IMG/VR virus record: IMGVR_UViG_3300007280_000474 | DNA: 64,000 nt | Source of the DNA: a virus | Lineage: Duplodnaviria > Caudoviricetes | Direction: 5' to 3' (one strand) | Part shown: positions 30,487 through 40,401 of the stretch, in pieces | How positions within the stretch are numbered: position 1 is the stretch's first letter | Layout of the letters: every line of letters begins with the position of its first letter | The notes under the pieces: generated by a model | Database searches by the model: none | What the model was told of the DNA's origin: nothing | The model's input: only the letters and a program-made list of their open reading frames with translations | Made by a program: the position numbers and the translations under genes

Positions 30487-31399
30487 ACGTGTGTTTGCAT
30501 TCGGGTGCAGTGTTACAGCATACAGATGGCCCACATGGGCTGATATTATTGGCAAATCATATAAGAATAAAGGCTACGAATATTATAATTTTGGTAATAG
30601 TGGCTCCGGTAATGAATACATACTTAATTCATTGTTCTTAGCAGATACAAAATTTAAGTTCACCCCTGAAGATATAATTATTATCATGTGGAGTAGTTGG
30701 AACAGAGAAGATAGATATCAAATTGGCTACAACTGGACACCAGGACTTAGAGGCCAATGGACCAAGGAAGGTAATATTCTAACAGCAGTTATGGATAGCC
30801 CTAGATACGATATGTCATGGTTAAAGTATTGGAGTTTAGAACATGATATCTCTAAAAATATTACTGCAATAAAATCTGCAAGAAAGTGTTTTGATATTAC
30901 CCACGAAGATTGGCTTGCGCCTTACGAGCAGAGTGAGAATGCAACAAGAAACAACAATGCAGATATAGGTGATAGAATATTTGAAGAGTACACTCTGAAA
31001 TGGGACGAAAGAAAAGAAAACAACTGGGTCAAAACTTTTGCTGAAGTTAGACCTAATCCTAATCCCAGACTAGACATATTCATTCGTATAGATGGACACC
31101 CCCTGCCTTCTGAAGCATTGGCCTATGTACAGAAATACACAGATTTTGATATTGATGAACATACTATCAATTGGGTAGACGAATGGTCTTATAGAATGAT
31201 ACAGTGGAGCGAACTAAACAACAGGAGAGAGCCTGGTAAAAAAATTGTTAACAGTTGGGCAGACTTCCATGATGAAGAGTTCGTGGTTATGATTGATCAA
31301 TATCACGCACAAGAACAACAAATCTATTGCAATGGTACTTATCCTGATTTATGGACTGATGATTGTTTTATAGATTTACTTAAAGACTTTCGTTTTTAA
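30479..31399 (+). CDS. SGNH-like protein, family B (2 of 4); start moved to ATG 30479
   Basis: FGCSVT..WPTWADI, GSGN, DGHP; AAGGAG RBS. Confidence 0.55.
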   Translation: MTKRVFAFGCSVTAYRWPTWADIIGKSYKNKGYEYYNFGNSGSGNEYILNSLFLADTKFKFTPEDIIIIMWSSWNREDRYQIGYNWTPGLRGQWTKEGNILTAVMDSPRYDMSWLKYWSLEHDISKNITAIKSARKCFDITHEDWLAPYEQSENATRNNNADIGDRIFEEYTLKWDERKENNWVKTFAEVRPNPNPRLDIFIRIDGHPLPSEALAYVQKYTDFDIDEHTINWVDEWSYRMIQWSELNNRREPGKKIVNSWADFHDEEFVVMIDQYHAQEQQIYCNGTYPDLWTDDCFIDLLKDFRF

Positions 31400-32123
31400 A
31401 CGCAAATAATTTTTCAGCATACAATCTGTGTGGCTCTTCATTGTGATGCCAATACTGCGCCTTAGGATTTTCATAACCTGCATTTCTATAATGCCAAAAG
31501 AAACTTGCATCGTTGTCTAGCATATACATATACTTATTTTGATCTACTTGCCCTATATAAAAATCTAAATGCTTGTTCTCAGGAGAGAACATTTTCATTG
31601 TGTTACACATCAGATAGTCAATGTCTTTGCTGTTAAAGAAGTACTGCATCTGTAGCACGGTGTTAATACAGTCTAGTTCACACATGTATTCGTGTCTTGC
31701 TTGATACTCGTGCCAGTAAGGAATTACACTTCTTTCATAATCTGTTCCGCCTGCCCAGCCAGCATTGATTTGCATGAAGTGTTCGTTGATTTCTGTGTAG
31801 TAATGTGCGGCAGGATTTGCTTGTTTGTAATCAATAGTGCCCGGCTCGTTGGGATAATCTAAACGTATGTTTTCGCTCCAACCTATTAGTACCATAACAT
31901 CCATTGTGTCTGCATTGTACTCTGTGTCAAACCAATTTAATACACTGCGAGCAATAGCACGGTTACTCATAGCAACCATTGCAATATTAATTTGTCGTCT
32001 GCCTAGTTTATCTGCTAGTACAGCACCATAACAATTTGCTCTGTTGTATTCGCTATCTTGTGAGCCATCTATTTCTGAGCCACTGGTGTGACTACACCCT
32101 GCTACTAATAATATTTTATCCAT
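31380..32123 (-). CDS. SGNH-like protein, family B (3 of 4)
   Basis: AGCSHT block I, MSN, IGWS, C-terminal WHH. Confidence 0.55.
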   Translation of the reverse strand: MDKILLVAGCSHTSGSEIDGSQDSEYNRANCYGAVLADKLGRRQINIAMVAMSNRAIARSVLNWFDTEYNADTMDVMVLIGWSENIRLDYPNEPGTIDYKQANPAAHYYTEINEHFMQINAGWAGGTDYERSVIPYWHEYQARHEYMCELDCINTVLQMQYFFNSKDIDYLMCNTMKMFSPENKHLDFYIGQVDQNKYMYMLDNDASFFWHYRNAGYENPKAQYWHHNEEPHRLYAEKLFAFKNESL

Positions 32124-32724
32124 TCATCTTATCCCTAAACACTGGCATGTCTGGTAGGAAAGGATAGTCTTTCCAACTCCATGTAGGCCATTTCTCTTTC
32201 GATACTACAGGCAATTTATCCAAACCCATTTGTGCAGTTTCTGGTGTCATGTAATAATGATATCCAATTGTGTCTATGGCTTGATCTCCCCATGGTTGAT
32301 CATCTACTCTGCCATCGTACGCCATCTTCTTTAGTGCGTCATAATCACTTTCGTAGTGACACAGTATAGCACCACCTCTGCCTAAACTCAAGGGCTTTTT
32401 AAACTGAAAACTTAAACATGTAAAACTTAGTGGAATATAACTATGAGGTCGAAAGTCCACAGCCGCATCAATGATGTCTGTGTTGCCTAGTGTGTAATAA
32501 TTTTCCCATTCAGTGTTTTCCCAGTGCCAATCGAGCCCTAGTTTTTCACACACAAAAGGTATACTGATATATGTGTGAGTAGGTATGCCAACTGATGTTG
32601 TTGGTCTCATGTATCGCAAACATAGTTCAACTGCATGTGTACAGCAATCAACAGCAACAGCATAAGGTGCATCATAGTAATCGGCTATTGCACGTTCAAA
32701 GTCTCTTACAATTTTAAAGCTCAT
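32116..32724 (-). CDS. DegT/DnrJ/EryC1/StrS PLP aminotransferase (short form)
   Basis: AVAVDCCTHA, IDAA, SFQFKKPLSLGRGG. Confidence 0.8.
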   Translation of the reverse strand: MSFKIVRDFERAIADYYDAPYAVAVDCCTHAVELCLRYMRPTTSVGIPTHTYISIPFVCEKLGLDWHWENTEWENYYTLGNTDIIDAAVDFRPHSYIPLSFTCLSFQFKKPLSLGRGGAILCHYESDYDALKKMAYDGRVDDQPWGDQAIDTIGYHYYMTPETAQMGLDKLPVVSKEKWPTWSWKDYPFLPDMPVFRDKMNG

Positions 32725-32738
32725 GTACTACTTCCTTT

Positions 32739-32763
32739 GATAAATATTAAAACAGTATTTATC
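32739..32763. promoter_or_regulatory. Pair of opposed late promoters
   Basis: GATAAATA (+, 32739-46) and TATTTATC (-, 32756-63) in the 59-bp gap between divergent genes. Confidence 0.55.
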
Positions 32764-32783
32764 GGTAAGGAAACACACACATA

Positions 32784-33998
32784 ATGAAAACAGAACGTGC
32801 GATAGTTTTTAGAGAAGTTTGGCGCCACGACTTCACAGTACAAAAACTAATTAATTTAGTTCACGAATACAAAAATACAGATATAGTGGTTGATTGTGCT
32901 AAGGAATCTACACTACACCATAGAGAAGTAGGCATAAACATACCATGGGAAGAAATAGTAGATGCTAAGTTTAAGAATAATAATACAGTACATGTAATAA
33001 CAGGCAATTTTTCTAGTTATTCTACAGAATGGAATCATCCTAATGACATAGAAATTAACAGACCAGGTCGGTCGATAGGAGATAAACATTTTGAGCAAGC
33101 AGTAAAATATGGTCTGATAGATCAAGTACATTGTTGGCCCACATATTTTTTAGCATGGAATGGATTTAAAGTATTTAGATCAATCGAAAAAGCATACGTT
33201 GATCCTCTAAAAGAAAAGTTATTTTTTTGTGCAGTAAGACAAGCAAAACCGCATCGAATGTTACTGTTGGATGAATTAGAAAAACGTAAATTACTTGATC
33301 GCGATATTTCTGGCTTTACATGTTTAGATCCTCTCAAAGTCTGGAAGAAAAATTTAGATTTAGTAGGCGGAACGGATTACTATCAAGGGGAAGTTGAATT
33401 ACCCCCACTAGTATCAGAAAACAGTGATCTTTATGGTACCCCACCTAATGTAATGAAAAAATGTCTTATCAATGTTGTGTCAGAAACATCTATTGATAGT
33501 CGTTTTTGGACAGAAAAAACAGTATGGCCTATTGTATATCAGATGCCATTTTTAATACACGGAACAAGACATATAAACAACAGATTGAAGGCTATCGGTT
33601 TTAAACTGTTTGATGAACTCATTGATTATTCATTTGACAGCATTGTATCTCCAAGAGAACGTACAGTTGCAATAGCAGAAGAACTTAAACGTTTAGCAGA
33701 CTTGAATTTGAATTATGAAGAAGTATTTGAATCCCAGAGACCTATAGCAGAACATAATCTTTGGCGATTAATAGAGTTGTATCACAATGATGAATACATG
33801 CCAGGGTTTGTGAGGAATGCCAGCGATAGACTAGTTAGAGCTACTTTCGATGACACAAAACCAGAAGGTGCGCCAATAATTGATCCTATAATAGGCAGTT
33901 GGTTGCCTTTTACTGAGAACAATGGACGTAACCAAAAAGCAGTAGACCTCTATAGAGACAATCCATACTTACGCAAGTTATTCAAAGACCGGTTATAA
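32784..33998 (+). CDS. Putative glycosyltransferase-like protein, family A (4 of 4)
   Basis: RQAKPHR...INVVSET...TEKTVWP...MPF...GFKLF...DYSFD. Confidence 0.5.
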   Translation: MKTERAIVFREVWRHDFTVQKLINLVHEYKNTDIVVDCAKESTLHHREVGINIPWEEIVDAKFKNNNTVHVITGNFSSYSTEWNHPNDIEINRPGRSIGDKHFEQAVKYGLIDQVHCWPTYFLAWNGFKVFRSIEKAYVDPLKEKLFFCAVRQAKPHRMLLLDELEKRKLLDRDISGFTCLDPLKVWKKNLDLVGGTDYYQGEVELPPLVSENSDLYGTPPNVMKKCLINVVSETSIDSRFWTEKTVWPIVYQMPFLIHGTRHINNRLKAIGFKLFDELIDYSFDSIVSPRERTVAIAEELKRLADLNLNYEEVFESQRPIAEHNLWRLIELYHNDEYMPGFVRNASDRLVRATFDDTKPEGAPIIDPIIGSWLPFTENNGRNQKAVDLYRDNPYLRKLFKDRL

Positions 33999-34001
33999 AT
34001 A
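33994..34001 (+). promoter_or_regulatory. T4-type late promoter TATAAATA
   Basis: Exact consensus upstream of 34028. Confidence 0.55.
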
Positions 34002-34027
34002 GTTGTACTGAGATTAAGGAGTTTGCT

Positions 34028-34255
34028 ATGTCAGAAACACATGAAGGTTCAATGGGCACCGATAGAATACCACCAAGTGGTACAGAAAGAAACTATAAAG
34101 ATAAGCAACAGGACCTAACTGAACTAAACAGTGATGGTAACAGAGAGCGTGGCCGTTATGGCGAAGACGAATCTGCTGAGGCTAAAGCAAGAGAAGCGGA
34201 ATTAAAAAAACGTATTGAGGAATTACGCAAGAGAGATCCTTTCATCTATAAATGA
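34028..34255 (+). CDS. Small hypothetical protein
   Basis: AAGGAG RBS; charged C-terminal helix. Confidence 0.6.
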   Translation: MSETHEGSMGTDRIPPSGTERNYKDKQQDLTELNSDGNRERGRYGEDESAEAKAREAELKKRIEELRKRDPFIYK

Positions 34256-34413
34256 TTACACCCTGCGTACAAGTTTGTACTATAAACAAACACAATGTAT
34301 GCACAGGCTGTAAACGTACGGTAAAAGAAATCTCAAATTGGACAAGATATAGTCCAAGTAAACGTAAACAAATAATGCGTGAGTTAAAACACAGAGACAT
34401 ACATAAAGAATGA
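34252..34413 (+). CDS. DUF1289/YdhL-like Cys-rich small protein (not in ORF track)
   Basis: MITPCVQVC...CTGCKRTVKEISNW; ATGA overlaps at both ends. Confidence 0.75.
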   Translation: MITPCVQVCTINKHNVCTGCKRTVKEISNWTRYSPSKRKQIMRELKHRDIHKE

Positions 34414-35921
34414 TAATACTAGGAATAAGTTCAGGCTTTCACGATGCGGCAGTAACAGTCGTCAAAAGCGGCAAAGTGTTATTTGCAGGACACAGTGAAA
34501 GATACAGTAAACAAAAAAACGATGCATTTCTCAATGATGAATTAATCAATGCAGCGTTAGAGCATGGCAAGCCAGATGTTATAGTATTACACGAAAACAG
34601 TCGTGCTAAAAAGTTGAGAGGATTGTTATCGGGCGATTTCAACACATTCAAGGAATTATCTCAAGAACAATGGATCAAAGAGTTCTATCCACAGTTAGCA
34701 GGCATTCCAATTAAAAGTTATTGGCACCATGAAACACATGCCGCGGCTGGTATCTTAACAAGCAATTTTGCTGAAAGTGCAATAATGGTTATCGACGCAA
34801 TTGGTGAATTCGATACAGCAACCATTTGGCACTACAAGGGCAAAGAACTTAAAAAATTACATAGCACTAGATATCCTAGCAGTTTAGGTTTATTTTATAC
34901 AGCAGTTACACACAGAGTAGGCTTAAAGCCAAACGAAGATGAATATATTTTAATGGGTATGGCTGCATACGGCGACCCAATACAAGCTGCAAAGTTAAGC
35001 AGACAAATGGGCAAAGACTTTTTCAAACATGAGTGGGCATGGAGCAAACCTGCTGAAACAGTTAAAATGAAAAAGAATTTGCAAAAGGGCATGAACCCTA
35101 AAATGTATGAGGAGTACGATGACTTCACTATTGCAATGGCAGCACAAATGCAAATTGAGGAACGTATACTTGCATACGCAGAACATGCCAGAGAGTTAAC
35201 AGGTTCCAACAACTTAGTGTTCATGGGCGGAGTTGCATTAAATTGTGTTGCTAACAGCAGACTAAAAGAAGTAGGGTTTGAGCAATTACACATCATGCCT
35301 AACCCAGGTGATGCTGGTAGCAGTTTAGGTGCCGCCGCTTTAGAATACTTTAATCAAACAGAACGTAAAATTAAATGGGAAGGACCTTACTTGGGTAAAA
35401 ACATTCCAGGTAGTTATCCTGTAAATGCCGCTCTAGCAAGTTTAGAGAAAGGTGAACTGTTTGGTATAGCAAATGGTAGAGCAGAGTTTGGACCTCGAGC
35501 ATTAGGTAATAGAAGTTTATGTGCAGACCCACGTGGTGATGAGATACAAGACCGCATGAACGAAATCAAAAAGAGACAAGAGTTTAGACCATTTGCTCCA
35601 GTTATATTAGAAGAGTTTGCAGACCAATACTTTGACATGCCTGTAGAGACAAGTCCTTACATGCAATATGTAGCACGTTGTAAATATCCAGAGCAGTTTC
35701 CTGCTATTGTACACAAAGATGGTACAAGCAGAGTACAAACAGTATCTCAAAAACAACACCCAGGGCTATACATGTTGCTGAGAGAGTTCTACAAGCGAAC
35801 AGGATGCCCAATGATACTTAATACAAGTTTAAATATTAAAGGACAACCAATCGTTAATGATGTAGAGGATGCGGCTTTGTTTGCAAAACAATACGGTGTA
35901 CCTGTACACATAAGTGATTAA
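34410..35921 (+). CDS. Carbamoyltransferase (NodU/CmcH family)
   Basis: FHDAA, HHETHA, GGVALNC, PGDAG, EFGPRALGNRS, FRPFAP, DGTSRVQTV, LNTSLN. Confidence 0.92.
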   Translation: MIILGISSGFHDAAVTVVKSGKVLFAGHSERYSKQKNDAFLNDELINAALEHGKPDVIVLHENSRAKKLRGLLSGDFNTFKELSQEQWIKEFYPQLAGIPIKSYWHHETHAAAGILTSNFAESAIMVIDAIGEFDTATIWHYKGKELKKLHSTRYPSSLGLFYTAVTHRVGLKPNEDEYILMGMAAYGDPIQAAKLSRQMGKDFFKHEWAWSKPAETVKMKKNLQKGMNPKMYEEYDDFTIAMAAQMQIEERILAYAEHARELTGSNNLVFMGGVALNCVANSRLKEVGFEQLHIMPNPGDAGSSLGAAALEYFNQTERKIKWEGPYLGKNIPGSYPVNAALASLEKGELFGIANGRAEFGPRALGNRSLCADPRGDEIQDRMNEIKKRQEFRPFAPVILEEFADQYFDMPVETSPYMQYVARCKYPEQFPAIVHKDGTSRVQTVSQKQHPGLYMLLREFYKRTGCPMILNTSLNIKGQPIVNDVEDAALFAKQYGVPVHISD

Positions 35922-38900
35922 TATGTTTGATATATTTTATATTGGCGAAAACCAGCAACTCAAAAATCAATTACCCTTCGCAAAGCAAGTAGACTCCGCT
36001 GACGTTGCCACCCCTAATACCAAAATGTTTTGGCTTATAGAGCCTAACATTGAACTCAGTGATTTTGGTGTACTTGAATTTAGACCTCCGCAACATGATC
36101 AACATTATGAGCATGTATGGAAATGGGATAATATAAACTACGGTGGGCTACGTTTAATGCCTACTCAAGAATCACAAGGTGTTAAAGAAGTTAACAAAGT
36201 AGTATGTAGAAAGAAGTTTGACATACTACACACTAAAACACCTGGCAAATATTTTGAAAAGAATCCATATGCTACACACGTCTGGTGTGTAGATAAAGAA
36301 TATGCCTTCAATGACGACATTGATTGGGCACCCAGTAACTTTGAACCAGACTTTATACATACATTCCATTTGCGTGGACAACTAGAACATAAGTATCCAG
36401 AGCAAGAGGGTGGTATCAAATTATATCCTAAAAATTGGAAAAATGCTGATATCAAGTATCACACATTCTTGGATGCAAGTGCGAAGTATCCTGTAATGTT
36501 TGTCGAAGATCCTGAAGATTACTCACAACGTGATGTACACGATGATGATTATGTCTGGTTAATAGACAAAGAACACCGCATTGACGAAAGCACAATCGAC
36601 TGGGTGCCTAATCCTTTTGAAGGAGAATTTATACACAGTTTTAGAATGCCTAATCAACTACAGGAAAAGACTTGGAGTTATAATCATCCTACAAGCGATA
36701 GACGTTTAGGCGGTATTAGACTTGTACCTCGTAATTGGAAAAAGTCATTTGAGTTAATAGAGAATGGACTTGTTATACACAACGACTGTCCTATAGATGA
36801 TGAGTCATATGATGTTTACTTTATTGACGAGGACGACTTCAATGCAGACACATATCAAGATCTTGCAGATAGAAGTAAGACAGAATGGTTTTGGGTAGTG
36901 GACAGAGAGTATGACTTTAACGGTAAACTGTTGTTTATACCACAGGAACACGAACTAGATTATATACATGTATTCAAAGTACCAGACATGCTGGAAGAAC
37001 GTTATCCACTTGACATTGAAGAACCATGGGATAATAGATGCGGTGGTGTTCGTTTAGTTAATAAAAACTTTGATATGACCAAGCACAAATATCAGCCAGG
37101 TATTGTGCCTGTTAAGTATGATATATTTTACACAGATGATCCTAAACAGTTTGGTACATTTGCTCGCAAAAGCAAGACAAAAATGTTTTGGCTTATTGAC
37201 AACGAATATCAACTAGACAATAATTTTAAAGTTGTAGTTCCTAAGCATGAACAAAAGTTTATGCTAAACTATCAAGTAGAACAATTACAACATAAGTATC
37301 CAGAACAAGAAGGCGGCATATACTTAGTGCCTAAGAGTGCTAATGCTGATACACAAATCAAGTATAAAGGACAATTAGAAAAAGTTTCAGTTGCTAAGTA
37401 TCCAGTTGTTCGTGTAAGCGACATTGATAACTTTGGACAGATAAATGAGGACTGCTGGATTGTTGATGAGGAATATCAAATAGAGGATAACATCGATTGG
37501 GCTCCTAGTGTGTTTGAGAAAAATAGCATGCACACATTCCATGTAGGAGATCAGTTAAGACACAAATACCCAGATAGAATGGGCGGTGTTAGATGGGTAC
37601 CTTTAGTGTGGGACGGTAACGTTGCTATACACGATGAAGCATTAGACATTGCTAAACAGTATCCTATTAAACGTGTTAAAGATGTAACAGACTTGAGTGT
37701 TGTTACTACTGACTGCTGGTTAGTAGATGAGGAGTATCAATTAGAAGATAAGTTTACTTGGGTACCGACTGTATTTGAAAAAGAGAGCATACACACATTC
37801 CACTTTGGTGATCAACTAAAACATAAGTATCCTGAAGAGATGGGTGGTATACGTTGGGTACCAAAAGAGTGGAACAACGAATACATTATACATGAAAGTT
37901 TAGAAGGTGCACAAAAACTTTATCCAGTTAAGTTTGTTGATGACCCAAGTGTTGCACCAGAGTCAAACAAGCCATGTTGGCAAGTTGACAAGGCTTATAG
38001 AATCAATGACAGTATTAATTGGGTACCAGGAGACTTTGACAAAGACAAAGTACATGTATTCCATATATTTGAACAGTTAACAACCAAGTACACAGAAAAG
38101 ATGGGTGGTGCATATTGGTGGCCCGGTAACGAATGGGACTACCAGATTAAAGTACATGAAGATCCGTTACGTCTTGCTGTTGATCCTTATCCAGTTATGT
38201 TTGTTGAAGACCCAACTGACTTTAGTGTAGTCACAGAAGACTGTTGGTTAGTGGATAAAGAATACGAACTTGATGAAAAAATAAATGTTGTGCCGTATCA
38301 AAATGAATCAGAGATGAGCATGGTTCATACATACCATGTGTCAGGACAACTAGAACACAAATACCCTGAAGCAATGGGCGGTATATACTGGGTACCAAAA
38401 GATCATGTAGATGCAGATATTAAAATACACGAAGAGTCATTACAAATAGATAGAACTTTCCCGGTATACTTTGTACAAGACCCAACTGACTTTAGTCAAG
38501 TTACTGAGGATTGTTGGTTAGTAGATGAGGAGTATGAAATAGATCCTAACATTACATATCTACCATGGGGTTCGTGGAAAGACAAGTGGCAAGCAGATGC
38601 TGAACGCAAGTTAATTCATGTGTATCATGTTAAAGGACAGTTAGCACACAAATATCCAGAAGCAATGGGTGGTGTGTATTATGTACCTAAGAACTGGAAA
38701 GATGCAGAAACAAAGATCCATGAGAATACACCGTTTGGTGACACATTTAAATTTGATGTATTTGACAACGAAGAACAAGGTCGTAAAGAAAGCACAACTG
38801 GTTGGTTCTGGGTTATAGAATCAGACGTTGAACTATTACCTGATTTTAACTTGGATTTTGTACCGCAAGTTTGGGATAAAGGCAAGAAGCATGTATGGCA

Positions 38901-40401
38901 AAAACTGAATCCTAAAACAGGTAGACAGTACGATTATAGTGGTGTGTCATTGTGTCATAAGGAGCCTGCTGAAAAAGGTAGACCTAAATTCATACGCGAG
39001 CCTGCTTGTACGCAACGCGAGTACCCCGTTTATCACTTAGAGGCATCAGATTACAGCGATACACTAGACGCCGCTTACAGACGCTTGTGTGCGGCTACAG
39101 ACACCAAAATGTTCTGGGTAGTAGACTTACATACCCAATTATCACCGGACTTTGACTTCGCTTATTACCCTACACAATACGATGTAGGCTATATGCACGT
39201 CTTTTTAAACGAAGATGGCGAGCATAAGAACGTTAGATTAGTGCCTAAAGAACTGTTTGAGGAGTGGGAATACACTGACGAACAGATACTAAACAACAGT
39301 TTAGGCAACATGAAAATGATGACTGTAGAGGCTAGTTTACGTCCTAAGTGGCCTATTATTAGACTAGATGATTACAACAAAGAAGACTTTATTAGCGAAT
39401 TAGAAAGTTATAGAGATGGGTTTGAAACAGGTGAACCAGTGCCATTTGTGTGGTCAGTAGACCCAAACACAGACATTGATGTACAAGGATCACCAGTAAA
39501 GTTAGGATTCTCACCGAAAGTATCTGATATAACAAAAGTACATGCATGGCAAAAAGTTAATGATCAAACTAACAGTGTACATGGATATGGCGGACTTAGA
39601 CTATGGCCCACTAATGGCGATTACAGTAAGTTAACATCAGAAGCACTAAGACTGAACAAAATTAAGAACATACAATATGTCAGAGAGCATGGTAGTATTA
39701 CAGATATGTACGACATAGTGTTCTTGAGTTATAACGAGCCTAAAGCAGAACAACGTTATGAGAAGTTACAAGAACGTGTAGAACAAATATCTACTGTGAG
39801 CAAACGCAAGCCTAATCTTATATGGGTCAAAGACATTGATGGTATATTCAATGCACACCAACATGCCGCTAATCAAGTTAGCAGTAGAATGTTTTGGGTG
39901 ATTGACGGTGATGCTGATTTAGTAGATGAGTTCAACTTTGAATACTTACCTGATGTATACGACGAAGATGTTGTGCATGTATGGAACAGTATCAACAAAG
40001 TAAATGGTTTAGAATACGGTTACGGTGGTGTTAAACTGTTCCCAACTGAGATGGTTAGGGAAGCAACATCATGGGGATTAGACTTCACTACAGGGCTTAG
40101 TTCTAGGTTTAAGGCTATTCCTGATATTAGTTGTTACACATCGTTCAACACAGACGCTTACAGCACGTGGAGAAGCGCCTTTAGAGAGTGTGTTAAACTA
40201 TCACTCAAAGACGATTCAGAGAGTACAGAACGTTTAGATGCATGGTTACATCCTAATCCAGATGCAGACTTTAGGCATGATGCTAAACGTGGTGCAGAGG
40301 AAGCCGTTGCATTTGCTAAACAGTACAAAGACGATCCAGAAACACTAGCCAACATCAACGACTTTAAGTGGTTAGAACAATACTACAATGAGCAAAATTA
40401 A
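35914..40401 (+). CDS. 1495-aa tandem-repeat protein ending in a GT-A-like domain
   Basis: About 14 modules W-x-[VI]-D/E...P...H.F...GG; the last domain matches 7550..8569. Confidence 0.7.
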   Translation: MINMFDIFYIGENQQLKNQLPFAKQVDSADVATPNTKMFWLIEPNIELSDFGVLEFRPPQHDQHYEHVWKWDNINYGGLRLMPTQESQGVKEVNKVVCRKKFDILHTKTPGKYFEKNPYATHVWCVDKEYAFNDDIDWAPSNFEPDFIHTFHLRGQLEHKYPEQEGGIKLYPKNWKNADIKYHTFLDASAKYPVMFVEDPEDYSQRDVHDDDYVWLIDKEHRIDESTIDWVPNPFEGEFIHSFRMPNQLQEKTWSYNHPTSDRRLGGIRLVPRNWKKSFELIENGLVIHNDCPIDDESYDVYFIDEDDFNADTYQDLADRSKTEWFWVVDREYDFNGKLLFIPQEHELDYIHVFKVPDMLEERYPLDIEEPWDNRCGGVRLVNKNFDMTKHKYQPGIVPVKYDIFYTDDPKQFGTFARKSKTKMFWLIDNEYQLDNNFKVVVPKHEQKFMLNYQVEQLQHKYPEQEGGIYLVPKSANADTQIKYKGQLEKVSVAKYPVVRVSDIDNFGQINEDCWIVDEEYQIEDNIDWAPSVFEKNSMHTFHVGDQLRHKYPDRMGGVRWVPLVWDGNVAIHDEALDIAKQYPIKRVKDVTDLSVVTTDCWLVDEEYQLEDKFTWVPTVFEKESIHTFHFGDQLKHKYPEEMGGIRWVPKEWNNEYIIHESLEGAQKLYPVKFVDDPSVAPESNKPCWQVDKAYRINDSINWVPGDFDKDKVHVFHIFEQLTTKYTEKMGGAYWWPGNEWDYQIKVHEDPLRLAVDPYPVMFVEDPTDFSVVTEDCWLVDKEYELDEKINVVPYQNESEMSMVHTYHVSGQLEHKYPEAMGGIYWVPKDHVDADIKIHEESLQIDRTFPVYFVQDPTDFSQVTEDCWLVDEEYEIDPNITYLPWGSWKDKWQADAERKLIHVYHVKGQLAHKYPEAMGGVYYVPKNWKDAETKIHENTPFGDTFKFDVFDNEEQGRKESTTGWFWVIESDVELLPDFNLDFVPQVWDKGKKHVWQKLNPKTGRQYDYSGVSLCHKEPAEKGRPKFIREPACTQREYPVYHLEASDYSDTLDAAYRRLCAATDTKMFWVVDLHTQLSPDFDFAYYPTQYDVGYMHVFLNEDGEHKNVRLVPKELFEEWEYTDEQILNNSLGNMKMMTVEASLRPKWPIIRLDDYNKEDFISELESYRDGFETGEPVPFVWSVDPNTDIDVQGSPVKLGFSPKVSDITKVHAWQKVNDQTNSVHGYGGLRLWPTNGDYSKLTSEALRLNKIKNIQYVREHGSITDMYDIVFLSYNEPKAEQRYEKLQERVEQISTVSKRKPNLIWVKDIDGIFNAHQHAANQVSSRMFWVIDGDADLVDEFNFEYLPDVYDEDVVHVWNSINKVNGLEYGYGGVKLFPTEMVREATSWGLDFTTGLSSRFKAIPDISCYTSFNTDAYSTWRSAFRECVKLSLKDDSESTERLDAWLHPNPDADFRHDAKRGAEEAVAFAKQYKDDPETLANINDFKWLEQYYNEQN
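38207..38496 (+). repeat. Coding direct repeat in the 1495-aa gene
   Basis: AAGACCCAACTGACTTTAGT at 38207-38226 and 38477-38496 (270-bp period, 90 codons). Confidence 0.8.

Noticed and set aside
38207-38496. CRISPR array or DGR template/variable repeat
   Set aside because: The repeat is in frame inside a protein repeat; no spacer pattern, no adenine-specific differences noticed, and no RT or cas gene in the window
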